NCBI GenBank assembly: GCA_964383295.1
Contig: CAYLHK010000002.1
Span: 31,043-95,042, forward strand
Length of the DNA: 64,000 bases
Reading direction: 5' to 3'
Origin: an uncultured Rhodovulum sp.
GTDB lineage: Bacteria; Pseudomonadota; Alphaproteobacteria; Rhodobacterales; Rhodobacteraceae
In this document: piece by piece, positions 21,966 to 33,533 of the stretch
Layout of the letters: each line of letters opens with the position of its first letter
Numbering within the stretch: the stretch's first letter is position 1
Position numbers and translations under genes: made by a program
Notes under the pieces: model-generated
What the model was told of the DNA's origin: nothing
Seen by the model: only the letters and a program-made list of their open reading frames with translations
Database searches by the model: none

Positions 21966-22637
21966 ATGGACAGCATCGAGGCATCGCTCCGGCGCGACAT
22001 CGTCACCTGCTGCCGTGAGATGAACGCCAGTGGCATCAACCAGGGCACGTCCGGCAACATCTCGGCCCGGTTGGGCGAGCGGATGCTGATAACCCCCTCG
22101 GGCGTCCCATACGAGGCGCTCGAACCCGGGATGCTCGCGCTCATGCGCCTCGACGATCCGGCGGGCGCTTGGGAAGGACCCATGAGGCCCTCGAGCGAAT
22201 GGCGTTTTCACCTCCGGCTTCTTGCCGAACGGCCGGATGCGGGCGCCGTCGTCCACGCGCATCCCACCTGGTGCACGGCGCTCGCCATTGCGCGCCGTGA
22301 AATCCCGGCCTGCCACTACATGATCGCGGCCTTCGGCGGCGACACGGTACGTTGCGCAGGCTACGCGCGTTTCGGCAGCGCCGAACTGGCGGATCTGGCG
22401 GTGGGGGCGATGGCCGACCGCACCGCCTGCCTGCTGGCGAACCATGGCATGATCACCCTTGGGGACACGCTGGAGCGTGCGATGTGGCGCGCGATCGAGC
22501 TCGAGGCGCTGGCGCGCCAGTACTGCGCCGCGCTGGCCCTCGGCGACCCGGTCATCCTCGGCCCCGCGGCGATCGCCGAGGCCATAGAGGCCTTTGCGAC
22601 CTATGGCCCCGGTTCCAATCCGGCACCGACCCCCTGA
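21966..22637 (+). CDS. Class II aldolase (L-fuculose-phosphate aldolase-like)
   Basis: GTSGNIS, PSSEW, HAHP, HYMIA, LLANHG. Confidence 0.88.
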   Translation: MDSIEASLRRDIVTCCREMNASGINQGTSGNISARLGERMLITPSGVPYEALEPGMLALMRLDDPAGAWEGPMRPSSEWRFHLRLLAERPDAGAVVHAHPTWCTALAIARREIPACHYMIAAFGGDTVRCAGYARFGSAELADLAVGAMADRTACLLANHGMITLGDTLERAMWRAIELEALARQYCAALALGDPVILGPAAIAEAIEAFATYGPGSNPAPTP

Positions 22638-22707
22638 CCTTGCGGAGAGCCGCGGCCTGGGTCATGAACTCAATGGCTGGCCGGCCAGACCCGAACGGAG
22701 ACATCCG

Positions 22708-24165
22708 ATGATCGAGAAGCGCGCTTTCTACATAGACGGGAGCTGGGTGGCACCGGCAGAGCCTCACGACCTTCCGGTCATCGACCCGGCGACCGAGGAG
22801 CCCTGCGCGGTGATCTCGCTCGGCGGGCAGGCCGATACCGATGCCGCCGTCGCCGCCGCCACCCGCGCCTTCCCCGGCTGGGCCGCCACGCCGCCGGCCG
22901 AGCGCAAGCGGCTGGTCGCGGGCATCCTTGCCCAGTACGAGCGGCGCGCCGAGGAGATGGCCCAGGCCATCAGCCTCGAGATGGGGGCGCCGATCGACCT
23001 GGCGCGGGCCAGCCAGGCGCCATGCCTGCCCTGGCATTTCAAGGGGTTCCTCGACGCCTTCGACCGGATCGAATGGATCCGTCCCCTGCGCGCCGACACG
23101 CCGCATGACCGCATCGCGCTCGAGCCGATCGGTGTCGTTGGGCTGATCACGCCGTGGAACTGGCCGATGAACCAGGTCACGCTGAAGGTCATCCCGGCGC
23201 TTCTTGCGGGCTGCACCTGTGTGCTGAAGCCCTCCGAGGAGGCGCCGCTCTCCTCGCTCCTCTTCGCCGAATTCGTCCACGACGCCGGCCTGCCGCCCGG
23301 CGTCTTCAACCTCGTCAACGGCGACGGCGCCGGCGTCGGCACCCAGCTCTCAACCCACCCCGACGTCGAGATGATCTCCTTCACCGGCTCTACGCGCGCC
23401 GGCCGGGCGATCTCGCGGGCGGCCTCCGAGACGCTGAAGCGTGTGGCGCTGGAGCTTGGGGGCAAGGGCGCCAACCTCGTCTTCGCCGATGCCGGGGAAA
23501 GTGCGGTGGTCCGGGGCGTGCAGCACATGTTCCGGAACACCGGCCAGTCCTGCAACGCGCCATCACGCATGCTGGTCGAGCGGCCGTTCTACGAGCAGGC
23601 CGTCGAGATCGCCCGCGCCACTGCCGAGGCCACCCGCGTCGGCTCGCCGCGCGAGGCGGGCGCCCACATCGGCCCGGTGGTGAACGAGCGCCAATGGAGC
23701 CAGGTCCAGGGTTACATCCAGAAGGGCATCGAGGAAGGCGCGCGCCTGGTCGCCGGCGGCCTCGGCCGGCCAGAGGGGCTTAACCGCGGCTTCTACGTAA
23801 AGCCCACGGTCTTTGCCGACGTCGTGCCCGGAATGACCATCGAGCGCGAGGAGATCTTCGGCCCGGTCCTCTCCATGCTGCCCTTCGACAGCGAGGACGA
23901 GGCGGTGGCCATCGCCAACGACACCCCCTACGGCCTCACGAACTACGTCCAGAGCGCCGACGGCGCCCGCCGCAACCGGCTGGCGCGACGCCTGCGCTCG
24001 GGCATGGTGGAGATGAACGGCAGGCCCCGTTCCTCAGGCTCTCCCTTCGGCGGGGTGAAGGCCTCGGGCCGCGCCCGCGAGGGCGGGATCTGGGGCATCG
24101 AGGAATTCACCGAGGCCAAGGCCATTTCCGGCTGGGACGATGTCGCAGGTTCGACCGGGGAGTAG
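22708..24165 (+). CDS. Aldehyde dehydrogenase
   Basis: ITPWNWP, FTGST, LELGGK, GQSC, EEIFGP. Confidence 0.93.
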   Translation: MIEKRAFYIDGSWVAPAEPHDLPVIDPATEEPCAVISLGGQADTDAAVAAATRAFPGWAATPPAERKRLVAGILAQYERRAEEMAQAISLEMGAPIDLARASQAPCLPWHFKGFLDAFDRIEWIRPLRADTPHDRIALEPIGVVGLITPWNWPMNQVTLKVIPALLAGCTCVLKPSEEAPLSSLLFAEFVHDAGLPPGVFNLVNGDGAGVGTQLSTHPDVEMISFTGSTRAGRAISRAASETLKRVALELGGKGANLVFADAGESAVVRGVQHMFRNTGQSCNAPSRMLVERPFYEQAVEIARATAEATRVGSPREAGAHIGPVVNERQWSQVQGYIQKGIEEGARLVAGGLGRPEGLNRGFYVKPTVFADVVPGMTIEREEIFGPVLSMLPFDSEDEAVAIANDTPYGLTNYVQSADGARRNRLARRLRSGMVEMNGRPRSSGSPFGGVKASGRAREGGIWGIEEFTEAKAISGWDDVAGSTGE

Positions 24166-24245
24166 CGGGTCACCTAGATGGCCTGAGATCACCCTGCTGC
24201 AGGGACTCGCCTGTCCCGCGGCATCACTGACGCTCTTCGAGATCA

Positions 24246-24319
24246 TGGCTGGGGCGCCAGGATTCGAACCTGGGATCACGGGACCAAAACCCGTTGCCTT
24301 ACCGCTTGGCCACGCCCCA
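24246..24319 (-). tRNA. tRNA-Gln(TTG)
   Basis: TGGGGCG/CGCCCCA acceptor stem, anticodon arm ACGGG-TTTTGGT-CCCGT, GGTTCGAATCC T-arm, encoded CCA. Confidence 0.95.
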
Positions 24320-24361
24320 AACGCGGCAACCTCTTAGGCGGCCCGTAGGGCTGCGACAAGA

Positions 24362-25804
24362 TCAAATGGTCTGGTCATAGGCCCCGACGTCGGGTTCGGT
24401 GCGGATCACTGCATCGATATCGGCCAGGATCGCTCGCATCTCCGCCTCGGACGCCGGGCTCTCGCAGACGACCACGAGGTTCGGGGTGTTCGAAGAGGCG
24501 CGCACCAGCGCCCAGGCTCCATTCGCCAGCATGACCCGTGCGCCGTTGACCCGCAGGATCTCCCGGATGCTCTGCCCGCCCAGACGCCCGCCTTCGGAGG
24601 CAAGCGTGTCGAGGCGCTCGATGATCCGTGCGAGCACCGCGTACTTCTCGGCATCCGGACAGGCGGGCGAGAGCGTCGGTGTCGACCAGGTGCGCGGCAG
24701 GGTGCGCGCCAGATCACCCAGACCCGCGCCGGGATGACGATCCAGCATCCGGCAGATCTCCACCGCCGCGCGCAAGCCGCAGTCGTAGCCGCGACCGATC
24801 GGCGGGGCGAGAAAGTAGTGGCCGGACTTCTCGAATCCCGCCAACGCGCCGAGATCAGCGACCCGCCGTTTCATGTGGCTGTGTCCGGTCCGCCAGTACT
24901 CCGTCCTCGCCTCGAGCGCACTAAGCTCGGGATCGCTGGCGAAAAGGCCGGTCGATTTCACGTCCGCGACGAAGACCGCGCCCGGGTGGGCGCGGGCGTA
25001 GTCGCGCGCGAGCAGGACGCCGATCTTGTCCGCAAAGATCTCATGGCCCTCGCCATCCACCACCCCGCAACGGTCCCCGTCGCCGTCGAAGCCGAGGCCG
25101 ATGTCGGCGCCGCTCTCGCGTACCGCGCGGCCCATGTCGGCGAGCATCTCCAGCGCTTCGGGATTGGGGTTGTAGTTGGGAAAGCTGTGATCCAGCTCGA
25201 TGTGCAGCGGCACGACCTCCGCACCAATGCCCGCCAGCACCTCAGGGGCGAAGGCCCCTGCGGTCCCGTTGCCGGTCGCGCAGACGACCCGCAGCGGGCG
25301 GGAAAGCGGCCCGCCGGCAACCAGGTCTGCGATGTAGGCGGCGCGAATGCCCGCCGCCTCGATCCTCCGGCCCCCGGGCCAAGCGACGCCGCCACGTCCC
25401 AGCACGATGTCGCGCAACTCCGCCATCTCGTCCGGACCGTGGGTCAGAGGCGGGACGAAGCCGATCTTCACCCCTGTCCAGCCATTGGGATTATGGCTCG
25501 CGGTTACCATCGCGACCGCGTCCACCCCGAGATGGTGCCGGGCGAAATAGGCCGTCGGCGTCAGCGCCATGCCGATGTCGTGAACGGTGATGCCCGCTTG
25601 CACCAGCCCCTCGATCAGGGCGGCCTTCACCGCCGGCGAATAGGCGCGATGGTCGTGACCGGTGACGATCTCGGGCTTGCCGCCCCCTTTGCGCAACTGG
25701 GTGCCGATGCCGAGCCCTACGGCCGTCATCCCCTCGAGGTCGATGTCGTCGGGAAACCGCCAGCGCGCATCGTATTCGCGAAATCCGGTGGGCGCGATCC
25801 GCAT
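24362..25804 (-). CDS. Phosphomannomutase/phosphoglucomutase
   Basis: TASHNP, FDGDGDR, FEKSGH, VRASSN. Confidence 0.93.
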   Translation of the reverse strand: MRIAPTGFREYDARWRFPDDIDLEGMTAVGLGIGTQLRKGGGKPEIVTGHDHRAYSPAVKAALIEGLVQAGITVHDIGMALTPTAYFARHHLGVDAVAMVTASHNPNGWTGVKIGFVPPLTHGPDEMAELRDIVLGRGGVAWPGGRRIEAAGIRAAYIADLVAGGPLSRPLRVVCATGNGTAGAFAPEVLAGIGAEVVPLHIELDHSFPNYNPNPEALEMLADMGRAVRESGADIGLGFDGDGDRCGVVDGEGHEIFADKIGVLLARDYARAHPGAVFVADVKSTGLFASDPELSALEARTEYWRTGHSHMKRRVADLGALAGFEKSGHYFLAPPIGRGYDCGLRAAVEICRMLDRHPGAGLGDLARTLPRTWSTPTLSPACPDAEKYAVLARIIERLDTLASEGGRLGGQSIREILRVNGARVMLANGAWALVRASSNTPNLVVVCESPASEAEMRAILADIDAVIRTEPDVGAYDQTI

Positions 25805-25808
25805 CGGG

Positions 25809-26651
25809 TCAGACGGAGATCGGGTGTGCCCGCGCCAGCGCGTCGAAGGCCATCAGCTCCGAGATCAGGCCCGGCATGCGGTCGAGGTGGATCATGTTCG
25901 GCCCGTCCGACGGCGCATTGTCGGGATCGCGATGGGTCTCGATGAAGACGGCCGCCACGCCGATCGCCACGGCCGCGCGCGCCATCACCGGCGCGAACTC
26001 GCGCTGACCGCCCGAGGAGCCCCCCTGCCCGCCCGGCTGCTGGACCGAATGGGTCGCGTCCATGACGACCGGATAGCCCGTGCGCGCCATGATCGGCAGG
26101 CTGCGCATGTCGGCGACCAGCGTGTTGTAGCCGAAGGACACGCCGCGTTCGCAGAGCAGGATGCGCTCATTGCCGGTCGAGGCGACCTTCGCGGCGACAT
26201 TCGCCATGTCCCAGGGGGCGAGGAACTGACCCTTCTTGATGTTGATCGCGGCACCCGTCTCGCCCGCCGCCAGCAGGAGGTCGGTCTGCCGGCTCAGGAA
26301 GGCCGGGATCTGCAACACGTCGGCGGCCTCGGCGACCACGGCGCAGTCGCCCGGCATATGCACGTCGGTCAGAACCGGACAGCCGATGCGGCTGCGCACC
26401 TCCGAAAGGATGGCGAGACCCTCGTCGATCCCAAGCCCGCGCTGGGTGCCGAGCGAGGTGCGGTTGGCCTTGTCATACGAGCCCTTGAAGATGAACCCGG
26501 CCCCGGCGGCGGCGCAGGCCTCGGCGAGAACCGCAGCGATGTCGAGCGCGTGGTCCAGCCCCTCGAGCTGGCATGGTCCGGCGATCAGCGTCAGCGGATG
26601 CGCGTTCGACACGCGCAGCGGTCCGATCGTCACGGCCCTGGCCTCGGTCAT
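25809..26651 (-). CDS. kdsA: KDO8P synthase
   Basis: IAGPCQLE, KANRTS, KKGQF, DATHSVQ, SDGP. Confidence 0.95.
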   Translation of the reverse strand: MTEARAVTIGPLRVSNAHPLTLIAGPCQLEGLDHALDIAAVLAEACAAAGAGFIFKGSYDKANRTSLGTQRGLGIDEGLAILSEVRSRIGCPVLTDVHMPGDCAVVAEAADVLQIPAFLSRQTDLLLAAGETGAAINIKKGQFLAPWDMANVAAKVASTGNERILLCERGVSFGYNTLVADMRSLPIMARTGYPVVMDATHSVQQPGGQGGSSGGQREFAPVMARAAVAIGVAAVFIETHRDPDNAPSDGPNMIHLDRMPGLISELMAFDALARAHPISV

Positions 26652-26774
26652 CGCGCCCTCCTGCATCGGCTCTCGCGAGCGATAGCCCGCACGCGGGCAG
26701 CGTGTAAAGCGCACAGGGCCCGAGGCGGTGGTCGCACGGCTCGCGCGACGCTAAATGTGCTGCGGAGGTGCGCG

Positions 26775-27425
26775 ATGACGAGACGGGGGGCCGGCGACAG
26801 CACTGGGGACGACGATGTGGCCCGGCTGGCCGATGCGATCCGTGGGTGCCGCATCTGCGCGCAACGCTTCGCCGCTACGGCCACGCGCCATGCCCCCAGG
26901 CCGGTGCCGTGGCTGTCGGCAGACGCGCCGATCCTCATTGCCGGACAGGCCCCGGGCCTCAGGGTCCATGAGCGGGGCAGGCCCTTCGACGACGCCTCCG
27001 GCGATCGGCTGCGCGCCTGGATGGGTGTCGATCGGGACCGCTTCTACGATCGGCGGCTGTTTGCGGTGCTGCCGATGGCGTTCTGCTTTCCCGGATACAA
27101 CGCCAGGGGCTCGGACCTGCCGCCGCCCGATGTCTGCGCCCTAACCTGGCGCAAGCAGGCTCTTGCGGCGCTCCGGGGGACGCGGCTGATCCTGCTGGTC
27201 GGAGGCCATGCGCAGCGCTGGCACCTGGGACCGCGGCCGGGCGGAGTGACCGCTGCCGTCCGCGCCTGGCGCGACGCCCCGGCCGGACTTCTTCCACTGC
27301 CCCACCCGTCCTGGCGCAACACCGGCTGGCTGAAGCGCAACCCGTGGTTCGAGGAGGAACTCGTCCCCGTGCTGCGCCGGCGCGTCGCCGAGTTGGTCGA
27401 AGACCGGAAGTGTCAAACGGCATAG
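26775..27425 (+). CDS. Uracil-DNA glycosylase family protein
   Basis: CRIC, GQAPG, MAFCFPG, LPHPSWRN. Confidence 0.88.
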   Translation: MTRRGAGDSTGDDDVARLADAIRGCRICAQRFAATATRHAPRPVPWLSADAPILIAGQAPGLRVHERGRPFDDASGDRLRAWMGVDRDRFYDRRLFAVLPMAFCFPGYNARGSDLPPPDVCALTWRKQALAALRGTRLILLVGGHAQRWHLGPRPGGVTAAVRAWRDAPAGLLPLPHPSWRNTGWLKRNPWFEEELVPVLRRRVAELVEDRKCQTA

Positions 27426-27846
27426 CGAACAGGGCGTCCCAACTTGTGACGCCAGCTAAGCTACTGATAGATATATTGTATTTTTAACGCAGGTTTTGTG
27501 CATGTACAGCACCTGCCCGCTGGTGGGTGTGGGCGTGGGGGGCCGCGCGCCGCTCCTCTGTCACGATTGACTCGATTCGGTCGCTCAAGCAGTATGCGTT
27601 ATACGATTGTCGATTCTTCGCGGCTTGGACCATAGCTGGAAGGCTCCTTTTTTCGGGAGTTTTCCAGACAGTTACGTTTTGCAAGAAATGCTTCCCATTC
27701 AGGCACCGCAATACGAACGGTTATTTCCGCTTATCCCGCCGTCGCACCGGCGAGGACGAGGCCGCGACGCGTTCCGATGCAGTCCGTCCGGGACCGGAAG
27801 GACACCACGGGGTCGAAAACCAAACCACTGATCAAGGGAGCCAGCC

Positions 27847-30189
<2,343 letters not shown>

Positions 30190-30203
30190 GGGGGAGAAAC
30201 GCC

Positions 30204-30716
30204 ATGGCACAGTTCAGCGTCAACGCCACCCGGTTCGACCCCTACAAGAACTTCAAGTTCCTGGTGCGCTGGGATGGCCGCGTGGTTGCCGGCATCTCCA
30301 AGGTGGGGGCGCTCAAGATGTCGACCGAAGTGGTCGAGCACCGCGTCGGCGGCGACAATTCCACCACGCGCAAGTCGCCGGGCCGTTCGAAATTCGAGCC
30401 GATCACGCTAGAGCGCGGCGTCACCCACGACACCGAGTTCGAGGCTTGGGCGCGGCGGGTCTGGAATGTGGAGGCGGGGCTGGGTGCGGAGGTCTCGCTG
30501 GCCAATTTCCGCAAGGACATCATCATCGATGTGTTGAACGAAGCCGGGCAACTGGCGATTTCCTATCGGGTTTTCCGGGCATGGGTCTCCGAGTACCAAG
30601 CCCTGCCCGAGCTCGACGCCAATGCCAATGCCGTCGCCATCCAGACGATCCGGCTGGAGAACGAGGGCTGGCTGCGCGACGTCGAGGTGGTTGAACCGGC
30701 CGAGCCGGTGCTCTGA
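30204..30716 (+). CDS. eCIS tail tube protein (T4 gp19-like)
   Basis: DPYKNFKF, KSPGR..ITLERG, LDANANAVAI. Confidence 0.92.
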   Translation: MAQFSVNATRFDPYKNFKFLVRWDGRVVAGISKVGALKMSTEVVEHRVGGDNSTTRKSPGRSKFEPITLERGVTHDTEFEAWARRVWNVEAGLGAEVSLANFRKDIIIDVLNEAGQLAISYRVFRAWVSEYQALPELDANANAVAIQTIRLENEGWLRDVEVVEPAEPVL

Positions 30717-30727
30717 GGCGGGCCGCC

Positions 30728-31432
30728 ATGACCGCCCGCCTGACGCCTGCGGACATGCTGGCCGCCTGGGAGGCCGGCGCCGATCGCTCGGCGCTCGACC
30801 GGGCGCTGGTGCTGCTCTGGGCCGGTGGCACCGGCGAGGCGGATCTGGCGGGGCTGCCGCTCGAGAGGCGCGACCGCGCCCTGCTCGGACTGCGTGCCGC
30901 GAGCTTCGGCGATGCGATGGCCTGCCTCGGCGCCTGCCCGGCCTGCGGGGAAGCAATCGAGCTCGACCTCTCGGCCGCCCGACTGGCCGAGGCGCTGCCA
31001 CCCGGTGGCGCCGAGGTGCTGGCGCTGCCCGGCGGCGACGTGGTGATCCGATCCTTCGACAGTCGCGACCTGGCGGCGGCCGCGGCCTGCCCGGCGCCCG
31101 AAGCGGCGCGCGCAATCCTGGTGGAGCGGGTCGTCGACGCGCTCCCGCCCGGGCCCGAGGGTGCCGAGCGTGCGGCTATCGCGGCCAGGGTCGAGGCGCG
31201 CGCGGCCGATGCCGAGATCGTGCTGGCGCTGGACTGCCCTGCCTGCGGGCACGGCTGGGCGGAGGTGCTCGACGTCGCACGCTTCGTCTGGGCCGAGGTG
31301 GAGGCCGCCGCCCTGCGGCTGATGGGCGAGGTCGCCGAGATTGCGCGCGCCTTCCACTGGAGCGAAGCCGACATCCTCGCCATGACCCCCCTGCGGCGGC
31401 GGGCGTATCTCAGCCTGGCGCGCGGGCAATGA
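30728..31432 (+). CDS. Putative tail/baseplate assembly chaperone with two CxxC motifs
   Basis: CPACGE and CPACGH; C-terminal IARAFHWSEADILAM; follows the tube gene. Confidence 0.6.
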   Translation: MTARLTPADMLAAWEAGADRSALDRALVLLWAGGTGEADLAGLPLERRDRALLGLRAASFGDAMACLGACPACGEAIELDLSAARLAEALPPGGAEVLALPGGDVVIRSFDSRDLAAAAACPAPEAARAILVERVVDALPPGPEGAERAAIAARVEARAADAEIVLALDCPACGHGWAEVLDVARFVWAEVEAAALRLMGEVAEIARAFHWSEADILAMTPLRRRAYLSLARGQ

Positions 31433-32187
31433 GCGGGGCGCTCACCCGGCTGGCCCTTCGCGCGCTCGGCGCCGCGACCCCCGCATCGTCGGACACCGCG
31501 TCGTCGCTCCGCCCGCGTCTGCCAGCGCGGTTCGCGCCCGCGGCAGAGGAACCGCCCGGCATCACCACCACGGCCGACGCCGAGACGGGGCCGCCGGAGG
31601 TCAGCGCACCCGCCCCGGCACCCCGGCACGCGACGCTCAACCCGGTCGCGGATGATCTGCGGACTGTCGCGCCCGGCCCGCTGGCAGGAGGCACGCAGGC
31701 GCCCTTGGCGGACCGCACGGCGCCTCCCGCTCTCGCGCCTCCGCGCGTCGCTGCGACACAGGCCGCAAGCATCCCGGTCGCGCAGCCTGCGGTTCCCGTG
31801 CCCACGCCCGCAGCGGCGCCACGAGGGCCGGCACCAGCCGTCTCCGCGTGGCCTGAGGGCGCGATCCGGCCAGATGCAGCGCCCGCCGAGCATGTGCCGA
31901 CCGCCGCCGCAGCCACCCGCGGAGCGCCGCCGCCGGCACTGCTGGGGGAACAGTCCCCGGCAGAGCCGCCATTGCCACGCATCGTGCCCGCGCCGCCCGG
32001 TTTCCTGCCGGGAGTGCCGGGACAGGCGGCCTCCGCGGAAGCGGTGCAGCCCCCCGAGATCGTCATCCATATCGGGCGGATCGACGTCGCCCAGCCGGTG
32101 CCGGCCCCGCATCGGAGCCCGGCCGCCGCCGTCCCGCGACGCTCGGGGCTCGGCGACTACCTGCGCGGGAGGCAGCCCCCGGGATGA
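31429..32187 (+). CDS. Pro/Ala-rich hypothetical eCIS protein
   Basis: ATGA overlaps at both ends; low-complexity core; C-terminal EIVIHIGRIDV..LGDYL. Confidence 0.7.
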   Translation: MSGALTRLALRALGAATPASSDTASSLRPRLPARFAPAAEEPPGITTTADAETGPPEVSAPAPAPRHATLNPVADDLRTVAPGPLAGGTQAPLADRTAPPALAPPRVAATQAASIPVAQPAVPVPTPAAAPRGPAPAVSAWPEGAIRPDAAPAEHVPTAAAATRGAPPPALLGEQSPAEPPLPRIVPAPPGFLPGVPGQAASAEAVQPPEIVIHIGRIDVAQPVPAPHRSPAAAVPRRSGLGDYLRGRQPPG

Positions 32188-33533
32188 GCAACGTCCTCGC
32201 CATCGCGGCCGTGACGCAGCTCCTGAAGGATCTGCTCAACGATGCCCTGATCAACGGCGACGTCACCGCCGCGCTGGGGGCGGACTTCACCGTCAGCGCC
32301 CTGCCCCCGCATCTGACGGTGGCCGGCGAGGGCGAGAGCCAGGCGACGATGCTGAACATCTTCCTGCACGGCGTCTCGCCCAACACGGCCATGCGCAACA
32401 TCGACCTGCCCACGCGCAGCGCCGGGGGAGATCTGCTGCGCAAGCCGACGCTGGCGCTCAACCTGCATTACATGCTGACCGTGGTCTCGGCGCAGGAGCT
32501 GCACGCGGAAATCCTGCTCGGCTACGCCATGCAGCTCTTCCACGAGACCTCGGTGCTGCCGCGCGAGATGATCCGCGCCGCGCTGTCCACGGCGGCTGCC
32601 ATGGCCGCGGTCTCGGACGGCATCCTGCCCGACGACCTCGGCGTGATCCGCGCCTCCGAGCTTGCCGATCAGCTCGAGCTCCTGCGCATCACCCCGCGCC
32701 CGCTCAGCCTCGAGGACCTGTCGCAGCTCTGGACGGCGCTGCAGGTCGGCTACCGGACGACCGTGGCTTACGACGTCGCCGTGGTGCTGATCGAGCGCGA
32801 GCGGCTCACACGACCGAGCCTGCCGGTGTTGACCCGCGGCGGCCTGCGCGATCCCGAGACCGGCCGCGATCCGGGGGTGATCCTGCGGCCCGGCCTCGGC
32901 GCCACCACCCCGACGCTGGAGCTCATCGCCCCGGTCGATGGCCAGCCCGCCATGCGACTCGGGGGCGCCGTCGATCTGCGCGGTCAGGCTCTCGATGCCT
33001 CGGGGGCGCGGGTGCGCTTCACCGCGCCGGGAGCCGGCACGGTGCTGGAGCTCGCTCCCGAAGAGCCGACGACCTCCGGCCGGCTCCGGGTCCGGCTTCC
33101 CGAGGGCGCGCCGCTCGACGCCGCCCATCCCCTTGCCGGCACCGGCGCCGATCCGGGCTCCTGGCGGATCGGAGCGTATATCGTCGACATCCGCTACGAC
33201 GATCCGCTGCGCGCGGGGCTTGCCTCGAATGCGCTGGCGACGCAGCTCGCCCCATCCGCGAGCGTGACCCTCGCCCATGTCGCCGGTGAAACACGGGTCA
33301 GCTTCACCTCCGCGCCCCCCGTGCGTCCGGGACAGAGCGTCGCCGTGATCGTCGGCCGCGAGATGGTGCTGGTGCCGACGCCCGCCGTCGCGATGGATAC
33401 GATCGTCGCCAGCCTGCCCGACCTGCCCCGCGGGACGAGCCTGCCGGTGCGGTTGCGGGTCGACGGGATCGACAGCCCGGTCATCGACCGCGCCGCCAGC
33501 CCGCCGGTGCTGCTGACGGAGATGATCCCATGA
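32184..33533 (+). CDS. DUF4255 (Pvc16/Afp16-like) tail terminator with Ig-like extension
   Basis: MSNVLAIAAVT, LNIFLH, LNLHYML, LSQLWTAL..YR..VAY; beta-rich C-terminus LRVDGIDS. Confidence 0.82.
   Translation: MSNVLAIAAVTQLLKDLLNDALINGDVTAALGADFTVSALPPHLTVAGEGESQATMLNIFLHGVSPNTAMRNIDLPTRSAGGDLLRKPTLALNLHYMLTVVSAQELHAEILLGYAMQLFHETSVLPREMIRAALSTAAAMAAVSDGILPDDLGVIRASELADQLELLRITPRPLSLEDLSQLWTALQVGYRTTVAYDVAVVLIERERLTRPSLPVLTRGGLRDPETGRDPGVILRPGLGATTPTLELIAPVDGQPAMRLGGAVDLRGQALDASGARVRFTAPGAGTVLELAPEEPTTSGRLRVRLPEGAPLDAAHPLAGTGADPGSWRIGAYIVDIRYDDPLRAGLASNALATQLAPSASVTLAHVAGETRVSFTSAPPVRPGQSVAVIVGREMVLVPTPAVAMDTIVASLPDLPRGTSLPVRLRVDGIDSPVIDRAASPPVLLTEMIP

Noticed and set aside
24246..24319. tRNA-Gln as an island integration site
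   Set aside because: No duplicated 3' end or integrase seen in the window
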